Shown here: one piece after another, positions 9,893 to 17,207 of the stretch
Numbering within the stretch: position 1 is the stretch's first letter
Layout of the letters: every line of letters begins with the position of its first letter
Source of the DNA: a virus
IMG/VR virus record: IMGVR_UViG_3300041586_000126
Location: 23,193 to 87,192 of that record
Strand: one strand, 5' to 3'
Length of the DNA stretch: 64,000 nt
Notes under the pieces: model-generated
Database searches by the model: none
Seen by the model: only the letters and a program-made list of their open reading frames with translations
Told to the model about the DNA's origin: nothing
Program-made: the position numbers and the translations under genes

Positions 9893-10092
9893 CGGTTTGG
9901 GTATGGTTAGATTTTTAACGGATTAAATATAAAAATATGAATGAAGAAGCAGAATTTGCAGTAGAAATACTGAAAGAATACGCAAAACAAAACCAGGTAT
10001 TACCAAGAAGTACTTGTGACTTATCTAAATTAGAGGAATGGCTAATTATAGAGCTACTTAGAGTTAAAAATTAACTATACCCGTTGTTGTGG
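9887..10092 (+). repeat. attC-like inverted-repeat element 1 enclosing an ORF
   Basis: Left arm TTATAAC-GGTTT-GGGTATGGTTAGATTTTTAAC (9887-9919); right arm GTTAAAAATTAACTATACCC-GTT-GTTGTGG (10063-10092). 20-bp stem with one G.T pair and one extrahelical G. Confidence 0.8.
9937..10074 (+). CDS. 45-aa protein inside hairpin element 1
   Basis: MNEEAEFAVEILKEYAKQNQVLPRSTCDLSKLEEWLIIELLRVKN*, with an A-rich leader. Confidence 0.65.
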   Translation: MNEEAEFAVEILKEYAKQNQVLPRSTCDLSKLEEWLIIELLRVKN

Positions 10093-10160
10093 GTACGTTG
10101 TGCGAACATAATTGACATCACTTAGATAATCATAGTGATAGAATGATACTAAAGCATTGT

Positions 10161-10372
10161 GCCTAACAAATTAGAATATGAATAGTAAAAATTACGGCTT
10201 ATGGATCAATTACCTTTAGACTTTAACTTGGTTATGTTATTATATGACCTTGATGAATTATTGACATTATTAGAAACCGATACTAAAAAATGGCAATGGT
10301 TAATAGATGAACTGAACAAACAATTAAAAGAACAGATTGAGTAATTTTTATTATTTATATTCTGTGTTGTGC
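10161..10372 (+). repeat. attC-like inverted-repeat element 2 enclosing an ORF
   Basis: Left arm GCCTAAC-AAATT-AGAATATGAATAGTAAAAATTAC (10161-10195); right arm GTAATTTTTATTATTTATATTCT-GT-GTTGTGC (10341-10372). 23-bp stem with two G.T pairs. Confidence 0.8.
10201..10344 (+). CDS. 47-aa protein inside hairpin element 2
   Basis: MDQLPLDFNLVMLLYDLDELLTLLETDTKKWQWLIDELNKQLKEQIE*; the stop is at the start of the right arm. Confidence 0.65.
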   Translation: MDQLPLDFNLVMLLYDLDELLTLLETDTKKWQWLIDELNKQLKEQIE

Positions 10373-10485
10373 GGTCTTTTTAATGTCGACACAACGCATT
10401 GTATAAGAAATGTTGATGTTAGCACCGATGTTCATTTGAAATACTAAATGGCTTTTTATTGGAATGGAATTAGTTAGAAATTAAG

Positions 10486-10740
10486 ATGAAAACAGAAGGA
10501 AATATGATTACGGATTGGTTAGACCAAAACCGAAACCCAGAAATAGACCGTTTTATTGAAAAAAACCTTGCCATTACTGAAAAAATTCGTTTGGCATTAG
10601 CAGAAAAAGAGTGGAATTGGTATGGTAATGAGGTGAGGGAGTTAGAAGATATAAAAAGAATAAATAAAGAGGTTATGGGAAAAATGACTTTTACAAATCA
10701 ATTCTTCAAGAACATTTTAAACACAACCCACATAAAATAA
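10486..10740 (+). CDS. Hypothetical protein; N-half resembles the pre-HTH region of XRE-family regulators
   Basis: NPEIDRFIEKNLAITEKIRLALAEKEW followed by unrelated sequence. Confidence 0.5.
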   Translation: MKTEGNMITDWLDQNRNPEIDRFIEKNLAITEKIRLALAEKEWNWYGNEVRELEDIKRINKEVMGKMTFTNQFFKNILNTTHIK

Positions 10741-10796
10741 TACGTATATATTTAACTTAATATGGCTAATATTAGTAATATTGGAATTAGAACATT

Positions 10797-10982
10797 ATGG
10801 AGAAGAATAGAAAAGAAATCATAGCAAAATTAAATATACTTGCTAATGGTAATAAAAGCCAATGGTTTGCAGATGCCACTTGGAGAGCAGAAAATAGTGT
10901 ATGGTTGATAAAATTACAAGCCACCACTATAAAAATTTTAAGGGCATTAAGAAAGAATAATACACACACAAAACAACATTAA
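10797..10982 (+). CDS. Hypothetical protein resembling the pre-HTH region of XRE/HigA-like antitoxins
   Basis: SQWFADATWRAENSVWL...IKILRALRKNN, then a stop shortly after. Confidence 0.5.
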   Translation: MEKNRKEIIAKLNILANGNKSQWFADATWRAENSVWLIKLQATTIKILRALRKNNTHTKQH

Positions 10983-11011
10983 TAATTAATAATTAAAATT
11001 CGGTAAAACAC

Positions 11012-11158
11012 ATGAGTAAATCAAGCCCAAAACAACGGTTGACACAATTAGTAGAATGGATGTCTACATTGAAACCACAACGTAGTAGACCAATTAAAAA
11101 CGAGGATACTAAACAACCACCAACACGTAGTTATAATGTTAGAATAAAAAATATGTAA
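11012..11158 (+). CDS. Small basic hypothetical protein (48 aa)
   Basis: MSKSSPKQRL...IKNM*; TAATG overlap with the next gene. Confidence 0.55.
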   Translation: MSKSSPKQRLTQLVEWMSTLKPQRSRPIKNEDTKQPPTRSYNVRIKNM

Positions 11159-11562
11159 TGGAAAGTAATCTTAAAGTATGGAATGAAGTATTTACTATAT
11201 TGGCTTGGAATTGTAAAGCGGATAAATCTGGTAAAATGATTTTGGATAAGGGTATTTACTACAACGATGTTTTATCAAAGTATTGCATTACTGAAAGAAC
11301 TAGCGAGATAAGTGAAGTAGAAATATATAAAAAAGTATATGCAACAACAACACTAAAAGATCTGGCAATGGTAATCCTGGAGATAAGTCGAGATGGGATA
11401 ATATCAGATAACAACAAACAATACGATGCATTAGTAATGGTACATCAGTGCATCAACTTCAGTCTAGCTATACCGAATACATTAATGCGTGGGTATGGAA
11501 TACGAGCACAGGCAACGATGTTGGGTGTACAAAATGATATATTAAAAGTAATAAGTATGTAG
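11158..11562 (+). CDS. Hypothetical protein
   Basis: 134-aa ORF. Confidence 0.6.
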   Translation: MESNLKVWNEVFTILAWNCKADKSGKMILDKGIYYNDVLSKYCITERTSEISEVEIYKKVYATTTLKDLAMVILEISRDGIISDNNKQYDALVMVHQCINFSLAIPNTLMRGYGIRAQATMLGVQNDILKVISM

Positions 11563-11611
11563 AGCATGTAGGTGTACGTAAGGGTACGTAAGGGTGTCCA
11601 ACGATTCAAAG

Positions 11612-11883
11612 TGTGGGTAACGGTGGTGGATTGGTGGTGGTGGGAGTGTAAATTGATATGACATGTGGAAAGCAGTAGGGATGGTATGTGGAGTGGTGGA
11701 GGCGTGTCGCTAACCCATTCACACACCACACAACCACTCTTCGAAATCTCTAAAAATATATACGAACCACACATGAACAATGCATTATCCACAACCTACC
11801 CACAATAAAATTGAAGTATACTCTATTGCTACATGTGAACATTCTTTTTATTCACAATGTTTGGCGCCTCCAAATGTGAATAA
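11612..11883. promoter_or_regulatory. Cluster of DnaA-box motifs in a non-coding region
   Basis: Exact TTWTNCACA matches at 11785 (+), 11848 (+) and 11875 (-); one-mismatch copies at 11612 (-) and 11664 (-). Confidence 0.5.
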
Positions 11884-11953
11884 TGCAATACCCGCTACTT
11901 CGCGCGAGACCGAATGTTTCATGTCCTGTTGTTAAATGCTTATGCGATAGGAC

Positions 11954-12007
11954 TTGGAGGCACCGGCAATTGTTCGTATATTTACACCTAATAAAAAAAT
12001 AAAGGTT
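11954..12007 (+). promoter_or_regulatory. Early-type promoter plus conserved leader
   Basis: TTGG-N19-TATATTTAC...AATAAAGGTT-ATG. Confidence 0.8.
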
Positions 12008-12496
12008 ATGAGCAAGTCAAGCGAAATGTATAGTAAGTATGGAGTGGAGAAAGCAACAGCAATGCTATGTAAATCCGAAGATAATGATTGCGTTGTTAGA
12101 GCGGTTATGAATGCATTTCAGGTTGATTATTTAGATGCACATAATTTTTGTGAAAACAAATTGCTACGCCAATACAAGATGGGAACATACGTTGATAGGT
12201 ATTTACCTTACATCCACACCGCATTTAATAAGTCTGTTGTGAGACTGGGTGTTACACGTGGACTTAAGCATAAGGTTAAAGTATACAACAGCATTTTTGA
12301 TAGAACTGCTACTAGTACTCAGATTAAACAAATACCAATGAAGGTAGGGGAGTTTGTTAAGGCAAACCCAACCGGGAATTTTTTAATCACAGTAAGAGGT
12401 CATGCGATATCGCTCGTAAACGGTGTAATATCAGGTAACAGGGGCGATGGATTGAAAGTAAATAGAGAAATAATGTCAGCATATAAAATTAACTAA
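12008..12496 (+). CDS. Putative papain-fold (C39-like) protein
   Basis: NDCVVRA (Cys) and RGHAISL (His) motifs; start moved to the ATG after the leader. Confidence 0.55.
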   Translation: MSKSSEMYSKYGVEKATAMLCKSEDNDCVVRAVMNAFQVDYLDAHNFCENKLLRQYKMGTYVDRYLPYIHTAFNKSVVRLGVTRGLKHKVKVYNSIFDRTATSTQIKQIPMKVGEFVKANPTGNFLITVRGHAISLVNGVISGNRGDGLKVNREIMSAYKIN

Positions 12497-12508
12497 ATAA
12501 ATAATATT

Positions 12509-12649
12509 ATGATACATGAATTTAACAAGTGGATGCAACGGATTGGAAATGTTTATTACTCCGATAATAATAGAATGGCCGAGGCGTTTATACGTTTAGA
12601 GCAAACACCATTACCGCATGAAAATATTATTAAGAATAAATGCAAATAA
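12509..12649 (+). CDS. Small hypothetical protein (46 aa)
   Basis: MIHEFNKWMQRIGNVYYS...KCK*. Confidence 0.55.
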   Translation: MIHEFNKWMQRIGNVYYSDNNRMAEAFIRLEQTPLPHENIIKNKCK

Positions 12650-12651
12650 AC

Positions 12652-12704
12652 TTGGTTGAGCCAAATGATGTTCGTATATTTACACCTAATAAGAAAATAA
12701 AGGT
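12652..12704 (+). promoter_or_regulatory. Early-type promoter driving a non-coding region
   Basis: Same promoter and leader as 6861, but the leader ends AAGGTATAA with no ATG. Confidence 0.75.
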
Positions 12705-12714
12705 ATAATAATAC

Positions 12715-12985
12715 AATTCGTAAGCGTATCCAAGCGGGCAGTAGGGGATAACGAATTAAAATAAATTGTATAATAAGCTAGAAATAGTCAACTTAAGATA
12801 AGGCTAGAGTAAAGTACGAAAGAATACCCGAAAGGGGAATAACGAAGCTCAGCGGTACCAATCAAACGCCTCCACGTGGCGGTACTGGAAAATGGTTATG
12901 AACCTCGGCCGAGGAAAGTAACCAAAACTAAGTTTGAATAATGGTAACTGAAGAATGTTGGTTCGATCCCAACACACCCCCACCA
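12715..12985 (+). ncRNA. Structured RNA ending in a T-arm and ACCA (family unknown)
   Basis: GNRA hairpins (GCTA-GAAA-TAGT, CCC-GAAA-GGG); GGTTA/TAACC and CCTC/GAGG stems; T-arm GTTGG-TTCGATC-CCAAC then ACACCCCC-ACCA. The 5' boundary is uncertain. Confidence 0.55.
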
Positions 12986-12989
12986 TAAG

Positions 12990-13102
12990 GTGAAGCATTT
13001 AGGATACCGGATGCGTAAGTTATAACAGATCTGCAGGTCTAGAAGTGGTTTGGTTAAAGTCGTACAGGTACAGACACAAGGTTCGAATCCTTGCACTTCA
13101 CA
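12990..13102 (+). ncRNA. tRNA-like RNA (about 113 nt) without a canonical anticodon arm
   Basis: 5' GTGAAG pairs with CTTCAC (13096-13101); perfect T-arm CAAGG-TTCGAAT-CCTTG. Confidence 0.55.
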
Positions 13103-13169
13103 AATATAAACCCCCTATATTCGTAGTCGCGAGTAGGGATGCTTCACAATGACGTGAAACCAAGCCGTG

Positions 13170-13223
13170 AGGGACTTGGTGGGTATAGTTCGTATATTTA
13201 CACCTAATAAAAAAATAAAAGTT
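13170..13223 (+). promoter_or_regulatory. Early-type promoter plus leader
   Basis: AGGG-N19-TATATTTAC...AATAAAAGTT-ATG. Confidence 0.7.
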
Positions 13224-13580
13224 ATGAAATTCAAACAATTAAATACATCTCAAGATATGTTAAGTCTTAACCCATTACCAACACCATTATCGTTTAAGAA
13301 GATAGCAGATACTATGGATGAAGGAGATGTAATGTCGTTTAGATATAATTCCACTGACTATGAGATGGAAATATTTCTAGTATCTAGTAATAAAAAATAT
13401 ATGCATGTAAAAACCCTACATAAAATAAATTCATTAAGAGGAACTATGAATGTGGGTGATATCAGCAAAACATATATTAAAATGTTTACACACAACATGA
13501 TGGGCATTAAATCGAAAGCTAAAATACCGGTGGGCGAGATTACCGATGTTACGATAACAATAAGAAATCTAAGGTGGTAA
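13224..13580 (+). CDS. Hypothetical early protein
   Basis: Start moved to the ATG after the conserved leader. Confidence 0.7.
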   Translation: MKFKQLNTSQDMLSLNPLPTPLSFKKIADTMDEGDVMSFRYNSTDYEMEIFLVSSNKKYMHVKTLHKINSLRGTMNVGDISKTYIKMFTHNMMGIKSKAKIPVGEITDVTITIRNLRW

Positions 13581-13631
13581 TGCATGCGGATGGACGTGGG
13601 TACTGAGGCGGTACTTACGCCTTATGTATTA

Positions 13632-13783
13632 CGGGGGTGTAACGTACTGGGACGGTTATATCGTGGGCGGGCGGTACGGCGTATGCTGTGTATATCCATG
13701 CGCGCTGCTGTCCGTATATAACGTGGCGTGCGTAGAAAATGGTGGATGGTGACAAATCTATCTCGTACAACTTTACACCCCCG
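13632..13783. repeat. 11-bp perfect inverted repeat in a GC-rich non-coding junction
   Basis: CGGGGGTGTAA (13632) / TTACACCCCCG (13773). Confidence 0.6.
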
Positions 13784-13936
13784 GGAAGTATATACAAATA
13801 TACTACACTCCCCACATTCTAAACCGCGCATTAGCGTTTGGTAAAAACCCAAAACCCAATCAATTCAGAATACCCAAAAAATCTCTCTCAAAAAATTTTT
13901 ACGTAAGGAGAAACGGCCGTATCACCTTGCGTATAC

Positions 13937-14254
13937 TTATTTTTTCAATTGGGTTATAGATGTAAAACCATTCCAAAGTGGTTGTTTTGAAATTTCCATT
14001 AAATCTACTTCTATATCTTCACTATCCAAAGTTATTTCAGAGATGGTTCCACCTTTTGTTTTATATTTTATCAGATATTTAGGTAGGATATTAGAATTAT
14101 CAACCCATTTCCAACCTAAAAGCAACCTACAAAATAGTCGATTAATGGCATTTGGTTTTGTACCTATATAAAATTCTAATTTCACACCTTCTCTATTACC
14201 TATTACATAACCCCCAGCGTGTGTGTGTATATTTCTTGCTACAAATCCTAACAT
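13937..14254 (-). CDS. Hypothetical protein
   Basis: Last gene of a 3-gene minus-strand operon. Confidence 0.6.
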   Translation of the reverse strand: MLGFVARNIHTHAGGYVIGNREGVKLEFYIGTKPNAINRLFCRLLLGWKWVDNSNILPKYLIKYKTKGGTISEITLDSEDIEVDLMEISKQPLWNGFTSITQLKK

Positions 14255-14274
14255 ATTATATTGTGGTTTATTTA

Positions 14275-14664
14275 TTACTTTAAACGTGATAATGTGAAAT
14301 TTATCGACGTGATTTGTTCAAAAATGTTTTCAAACGCTGTTGAATTCATTTTATCCGTAGCATTCACGGCATTTTTTTGATTATCCAAGAGTGTGTGGAT
14401 GTGACTAATTTTTTCTTCTAACGAGTGCATAATTTTAGCATCATTTTCCTCATATTTCTCAATAGAATGCTCGATATCCTCCAGTCTACTTATGATGTCA
14501 ACGATATGTTTTTCTACATCGTTAAATCCCGTAGATGACGTAGAATTACCATTGTATATGTTGGTTTTTGAACCGAAAAACTTATAGTAAACGATAATAG
14601 CTAAGTTTACCTCTAAAATAAATAAAACTGTTAGTAAAATGGCTGTGTAAGTGATAGTAATCAT
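14275..14664 (-). CDS. Membrane-anchored coiled-coil protein
   Basis: N-terminal hydrophobic helix and heptad-like C-terminus. Confidence 0.65.
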   Translation of the reverse strand: MITITYTAILLTVLFILEVNLAIIVYYKFFGSKTNIYNGNSTSSTGFNDVEKHIVDIISRLEDIEHSIEKYEENDAKIMHSLEEKISHIHTLLDNQKNAVNATDKMNSTAFENIFEQITSINFTLSRLK

Positions 14665-14676
14665 AATTTTGTTGTT

Positions 14677-14967
14677 TTAAATTGTTTGGTTAATAATGTC
14701 GTGCTGTGTTAATTCTTTAATATAAACTCCTTTATTGAAAAATGCTATTGTAGGGTAGTATTTAATTACACCTGGTAAAAATTTGCAACTCTTAACGTGT
14801 TTTAGGGAATCCACTATTATTATTGTGTGAATATTTTCTAATTTACGTAAATGTGGTAGGAGTTTTCTACAAGCACCACACCCATCGGATTTAAACATCA
14901 CTATTAGGTTATCCATTCCCACGTAATGTTCTAAATCATCACCCTGTAATTCTATTATATCATTCAT
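14677..14967 (-). CDS. Thioredoxin-family protein
   Basis: CGAC active site; YPTIAFFNKG cis-Pro motif. Confidence 0.8.
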   Translation of the reverse strand: MNDIIELQGDDLEHYVGMDNLIVMFKSDGCGACRKLLPHLRKLENIHTIIIVDSLKHVKSCKFLPGVIKYYPTIAFFNKGVYIKELTQHDIINQTI

Positions 14968-14970
14968 ATT

Positions 14971-15002
14971 GATAATATATGACTTTATTTTAGATAAACC
15001 AC
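14971..15002 (-). promoter_or_regulatory. Early-type promoter (minus strand)
   Basis: Reverse complement reads GTGG-N19-TATATTATC just before the thioredoxin ATG. Confidence 0.6.
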
Positions 15003-15111
15003 ATTATTTTGGTGAGATTGTGTATATATGTATTTATTTATTAAGGGAGCGTTAGCAAGTTAGTTTAAGGTTTTTTTATTTTTATATCTTTAATAATAAT
15101 GCATAGGAGAC

Positions 15112-15187
15112 TTGGCTTCCCCGGCAATATTTCGTATATTCACGTGTTCGAATGGTTCGAGGCATTAATAATTAAAAATAAAGGTTT
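15112..15187 (+). promoter_or_regulatory. Early-type promoter with a leader palindrome
   Basis: TTGG-N19-TATATTCAC, then TGTTCGAATGGTTCGAGGCA. Confidence 0.7.
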
Positions 15188-15997
15188 ATGTTAGATTACA
15201 AAAGCAATGAGTTCAAAAGTTTAGAAGAGTTAAAGAAAATAGCTCCTAGTATTTTCACAAAGTCCGGATCCTCTGATACTTCCGAAAAGTATACTCACAT
15301 TCCAACTAATAAAGTGATTGGAGATATGGAATTATTAGGATGGCGTGTTGTAGATGCTAAACAAGTAGCTGCAAGAACACAAGCTACTATGGGATTTCAA
15401 AAACATTTAGTTGTTTTTAGAAATGCTGATGTTGTAATTAGTGGAGAGGATGGAGATACTGTTTACCCTCAAATATTACTTACTAACTCACATGATGGTA
15501 AAAATTCATTTAAATTTACTGCGGGTTTATTTAGAATGATTTGTGAGAATGGTTTAGTTATATCAACCGAAACCTTCGAAGATATTAAGGTTCGTCATAT
15601 GGGATACGATTTCGAAACACTACAAGGTGTTATTAAAGAGATGGTTTTAAAGTTGCCTTTAACTGTTGATTCAATGAACAAAATGAAAGAAATTGAATTA
15701 TCTGAGGATCAGATGTTTGATCTAGCGAAATCATTTTTAGACATAAGAATTGAAGGATCTAGCAATTCATTTAATGATTCAGCTATTTATGATGTTTTAA
15801 TACCTCAAAGAAATGCTGATGAAGGAATGGGATTATGGGAAGTTTTTAATAGAGTTCAAGAGAATATTATTGAAGGAAATTTTAAATATAATACCTCCAA
15901 TGGTAAAACCCGTCAAGCTCGAGTTATTAAGAATTTTAAGCAAGATCATGATTTGAATAAAAAATTATTTTCAAGAGCTTTAGAATTTGTAGTATAA
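15188..15997 (+). CDS. DUF932/DUF945-family protein
   Basis: SEKYTHIPT, NSHDGKNSF, GLFRMICENGL, LWEVFNRVQEN motifs. Confidence 0.85.
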   Translation: MLDYKSNEFKSLEELKKIAPSIFTKSGSSDTSEKYTHIPTNKVIGDMELLGWRVVDAKQVAARTQATMGFQKHLVVFRNADVVISGEDGDTVYPQILLTNSHDGKNSFKFTAGLFRMICENGLVISTETFEDIKVRHMGYDFETLQGVIKEMVLKLPLTVDSMNKMKEIELSEDQMFDLAKSFLDIRIEGSSNSFNDSAIYDVLIPQRNADEGMGLWEVFNRVQENIIEGNFKYNTSNGKTRQARVIKNFKQDHDLNKKLFSRALEFVV

Positions 15998-16635
15998 TGA
16001 ATAATTTTAAGTATATATTATTATTATGTACCTTTGGGGCGTGTAGCCCCGAAGATATTAATGAATCAGTTTGTGTAGATGGGTTATGCAATTCTGAATT
16101 CTATATAGATACATTAGTTCAACCTAATACTTATCAAGATGTTAATGGATATTGGCATGTTTTTTATTATGGGTTAGGATATTTCACAATTCAGGGGAAA
16201 TTAGATGAAATCAATGCAGAAATTAACGGTGTTCCCTTAATTGAAACACAGTATGATTCTGATTATTGGGTAGTGTTTGATAGTATTAATTTTAAAGTAC
16301 CTACCTACTCAGTACTAAGTTGGTTTACAGGAGGCGATTTTAATACTCCAATTTCTATAGGAAATATTGAATATACTTTATCAGATATAGCACAAATAAG
16401 TCCTCCTTTAAATATTTCGGGGTATCAAATTCCTAAACATTTTTGTTGGGAGTGCCCCTATGCTGAGAGTTTATTAGGTACATACAGTAAATATAATTAT
16501 AAACCTAGACAGCAAATATTTTTGGATAATGAGATGATAGGTGATACTTTACAGATATTTATAAAAACTACTTTTAATAATGATATAGGTCCTAGGGAAG
16601 TTATAGAAAAATCATTTAAAATAGTAGTGGATTGA
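15997..16635 (+). CDS. Putative lipoprotein
   Basis: Signal peptide with lipobox FGAC followed by acidic residues. Confidence 0.65.
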   Translation: MNNFKYILLLCTFGACSPEDINESVCVDGLCNSEFYIDTLVQPNTYQDVNGYWHVFYYGLGYFTIQGKLDEINAEINGVPLIETQYDSDYWVVFDSINFKVPTYSVLSWFTGGDFNTPISIGNIEYTLSDIAQISPPLNISGYQIPKHFCWECPYAESLLGTYSKYNYKPRQQIFLDNEMIGDTLQIFIKTTFNNDIGPREVIEKSFKIVVD

Positions 16636-16781
16636 AACCTTGCCTACTCCATATGCCATAATGACACATAATAACACGTGTTTTAACGTGTTTTAACGCG
16701 TAAATACTCGTATGTGCCATATATAGCATCTTAAAATAATATTACGTTAAATTACAGTATAATTTTTTTAAAACATATATA

Positions 16782-16928
16782 ATGGGAAAAATAATAGTAA
16801 TGAAGAAAACCATTGATTGGCTTGTAATGAGCAAACAATTTGAGGCTGTTGATAATTTAATGGGAGCGGGTTTAGATTGGCAAACTATAAACATGGAAGA
16901 TGAATCAATATATTATAAATTAAATTAA
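16782..16928 (+). CDS. Small hypothetical protein (48 aa)
   Basis: MGKIIVMKKTIDW...YKLN*; abuts the next ATG. Confidence 0.45.
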   Translation: MGKIIVMKKTIDWLVMSKQFEAVDNLMGAGLDWQTINMEDESIYYKLN

Positions 16929-17192
16929 ATGAACAAAAGAAAGCCGAGAGTAATACCAACAGTTAAGCCAACTGACAGAGTTAACCTAAATGAAGAATTA
17001 TATCTATCCAAACCATCTTCTGATGGTAGAGATGTATTAATTAATGTCTTAATGTCTACTATTAAAGTGATGGAGGAAATGTGGGATTACCACCCATCTA
17101 ACCCAAATAAAATAGATATAATAAGTGAATATTCAAAATTAGAAATAATCAGGGAAGACCTTGAAAAATATTTGGATGCGATGGATATCTAA
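16929..17192 (+). CDS. Hypothetical protein
   Basis: 87-aa ORF. Confidence 0.65.
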   Translation: MNKRKPRVIPTVKPTDRVNLNEELYLSKPSSDGRDVLINVLMSTIKVMEEMWDYHPSNPNKIDIISEYSKLEIIREDLEKYLDAMDI

Positions 17193-17207
17193 TGTATATT
17201 TATAATC

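Noticed and set aside
9887-10372. Inverted repeats as terminators or IS/MITE ends
   Set aside because: The arms are about 145 nt apart and differ between elements, and no transposase or target-site duplication is seen.
12715-12985. tmRNA or RNase P RNA call
   Set aside because: There is no G3.U alanine acceptor stem and no ALAA-type tag frame. GAGGAAAGT (12911) lacks the rest of the RNase P core. The only GGGGGTG partner is about 650 nt downstream and pairs locally with 13773.
16676-16698. ACGTGTTTTA doublet
   Set aside because: Only two copies and no further context, so too weak to interpret.
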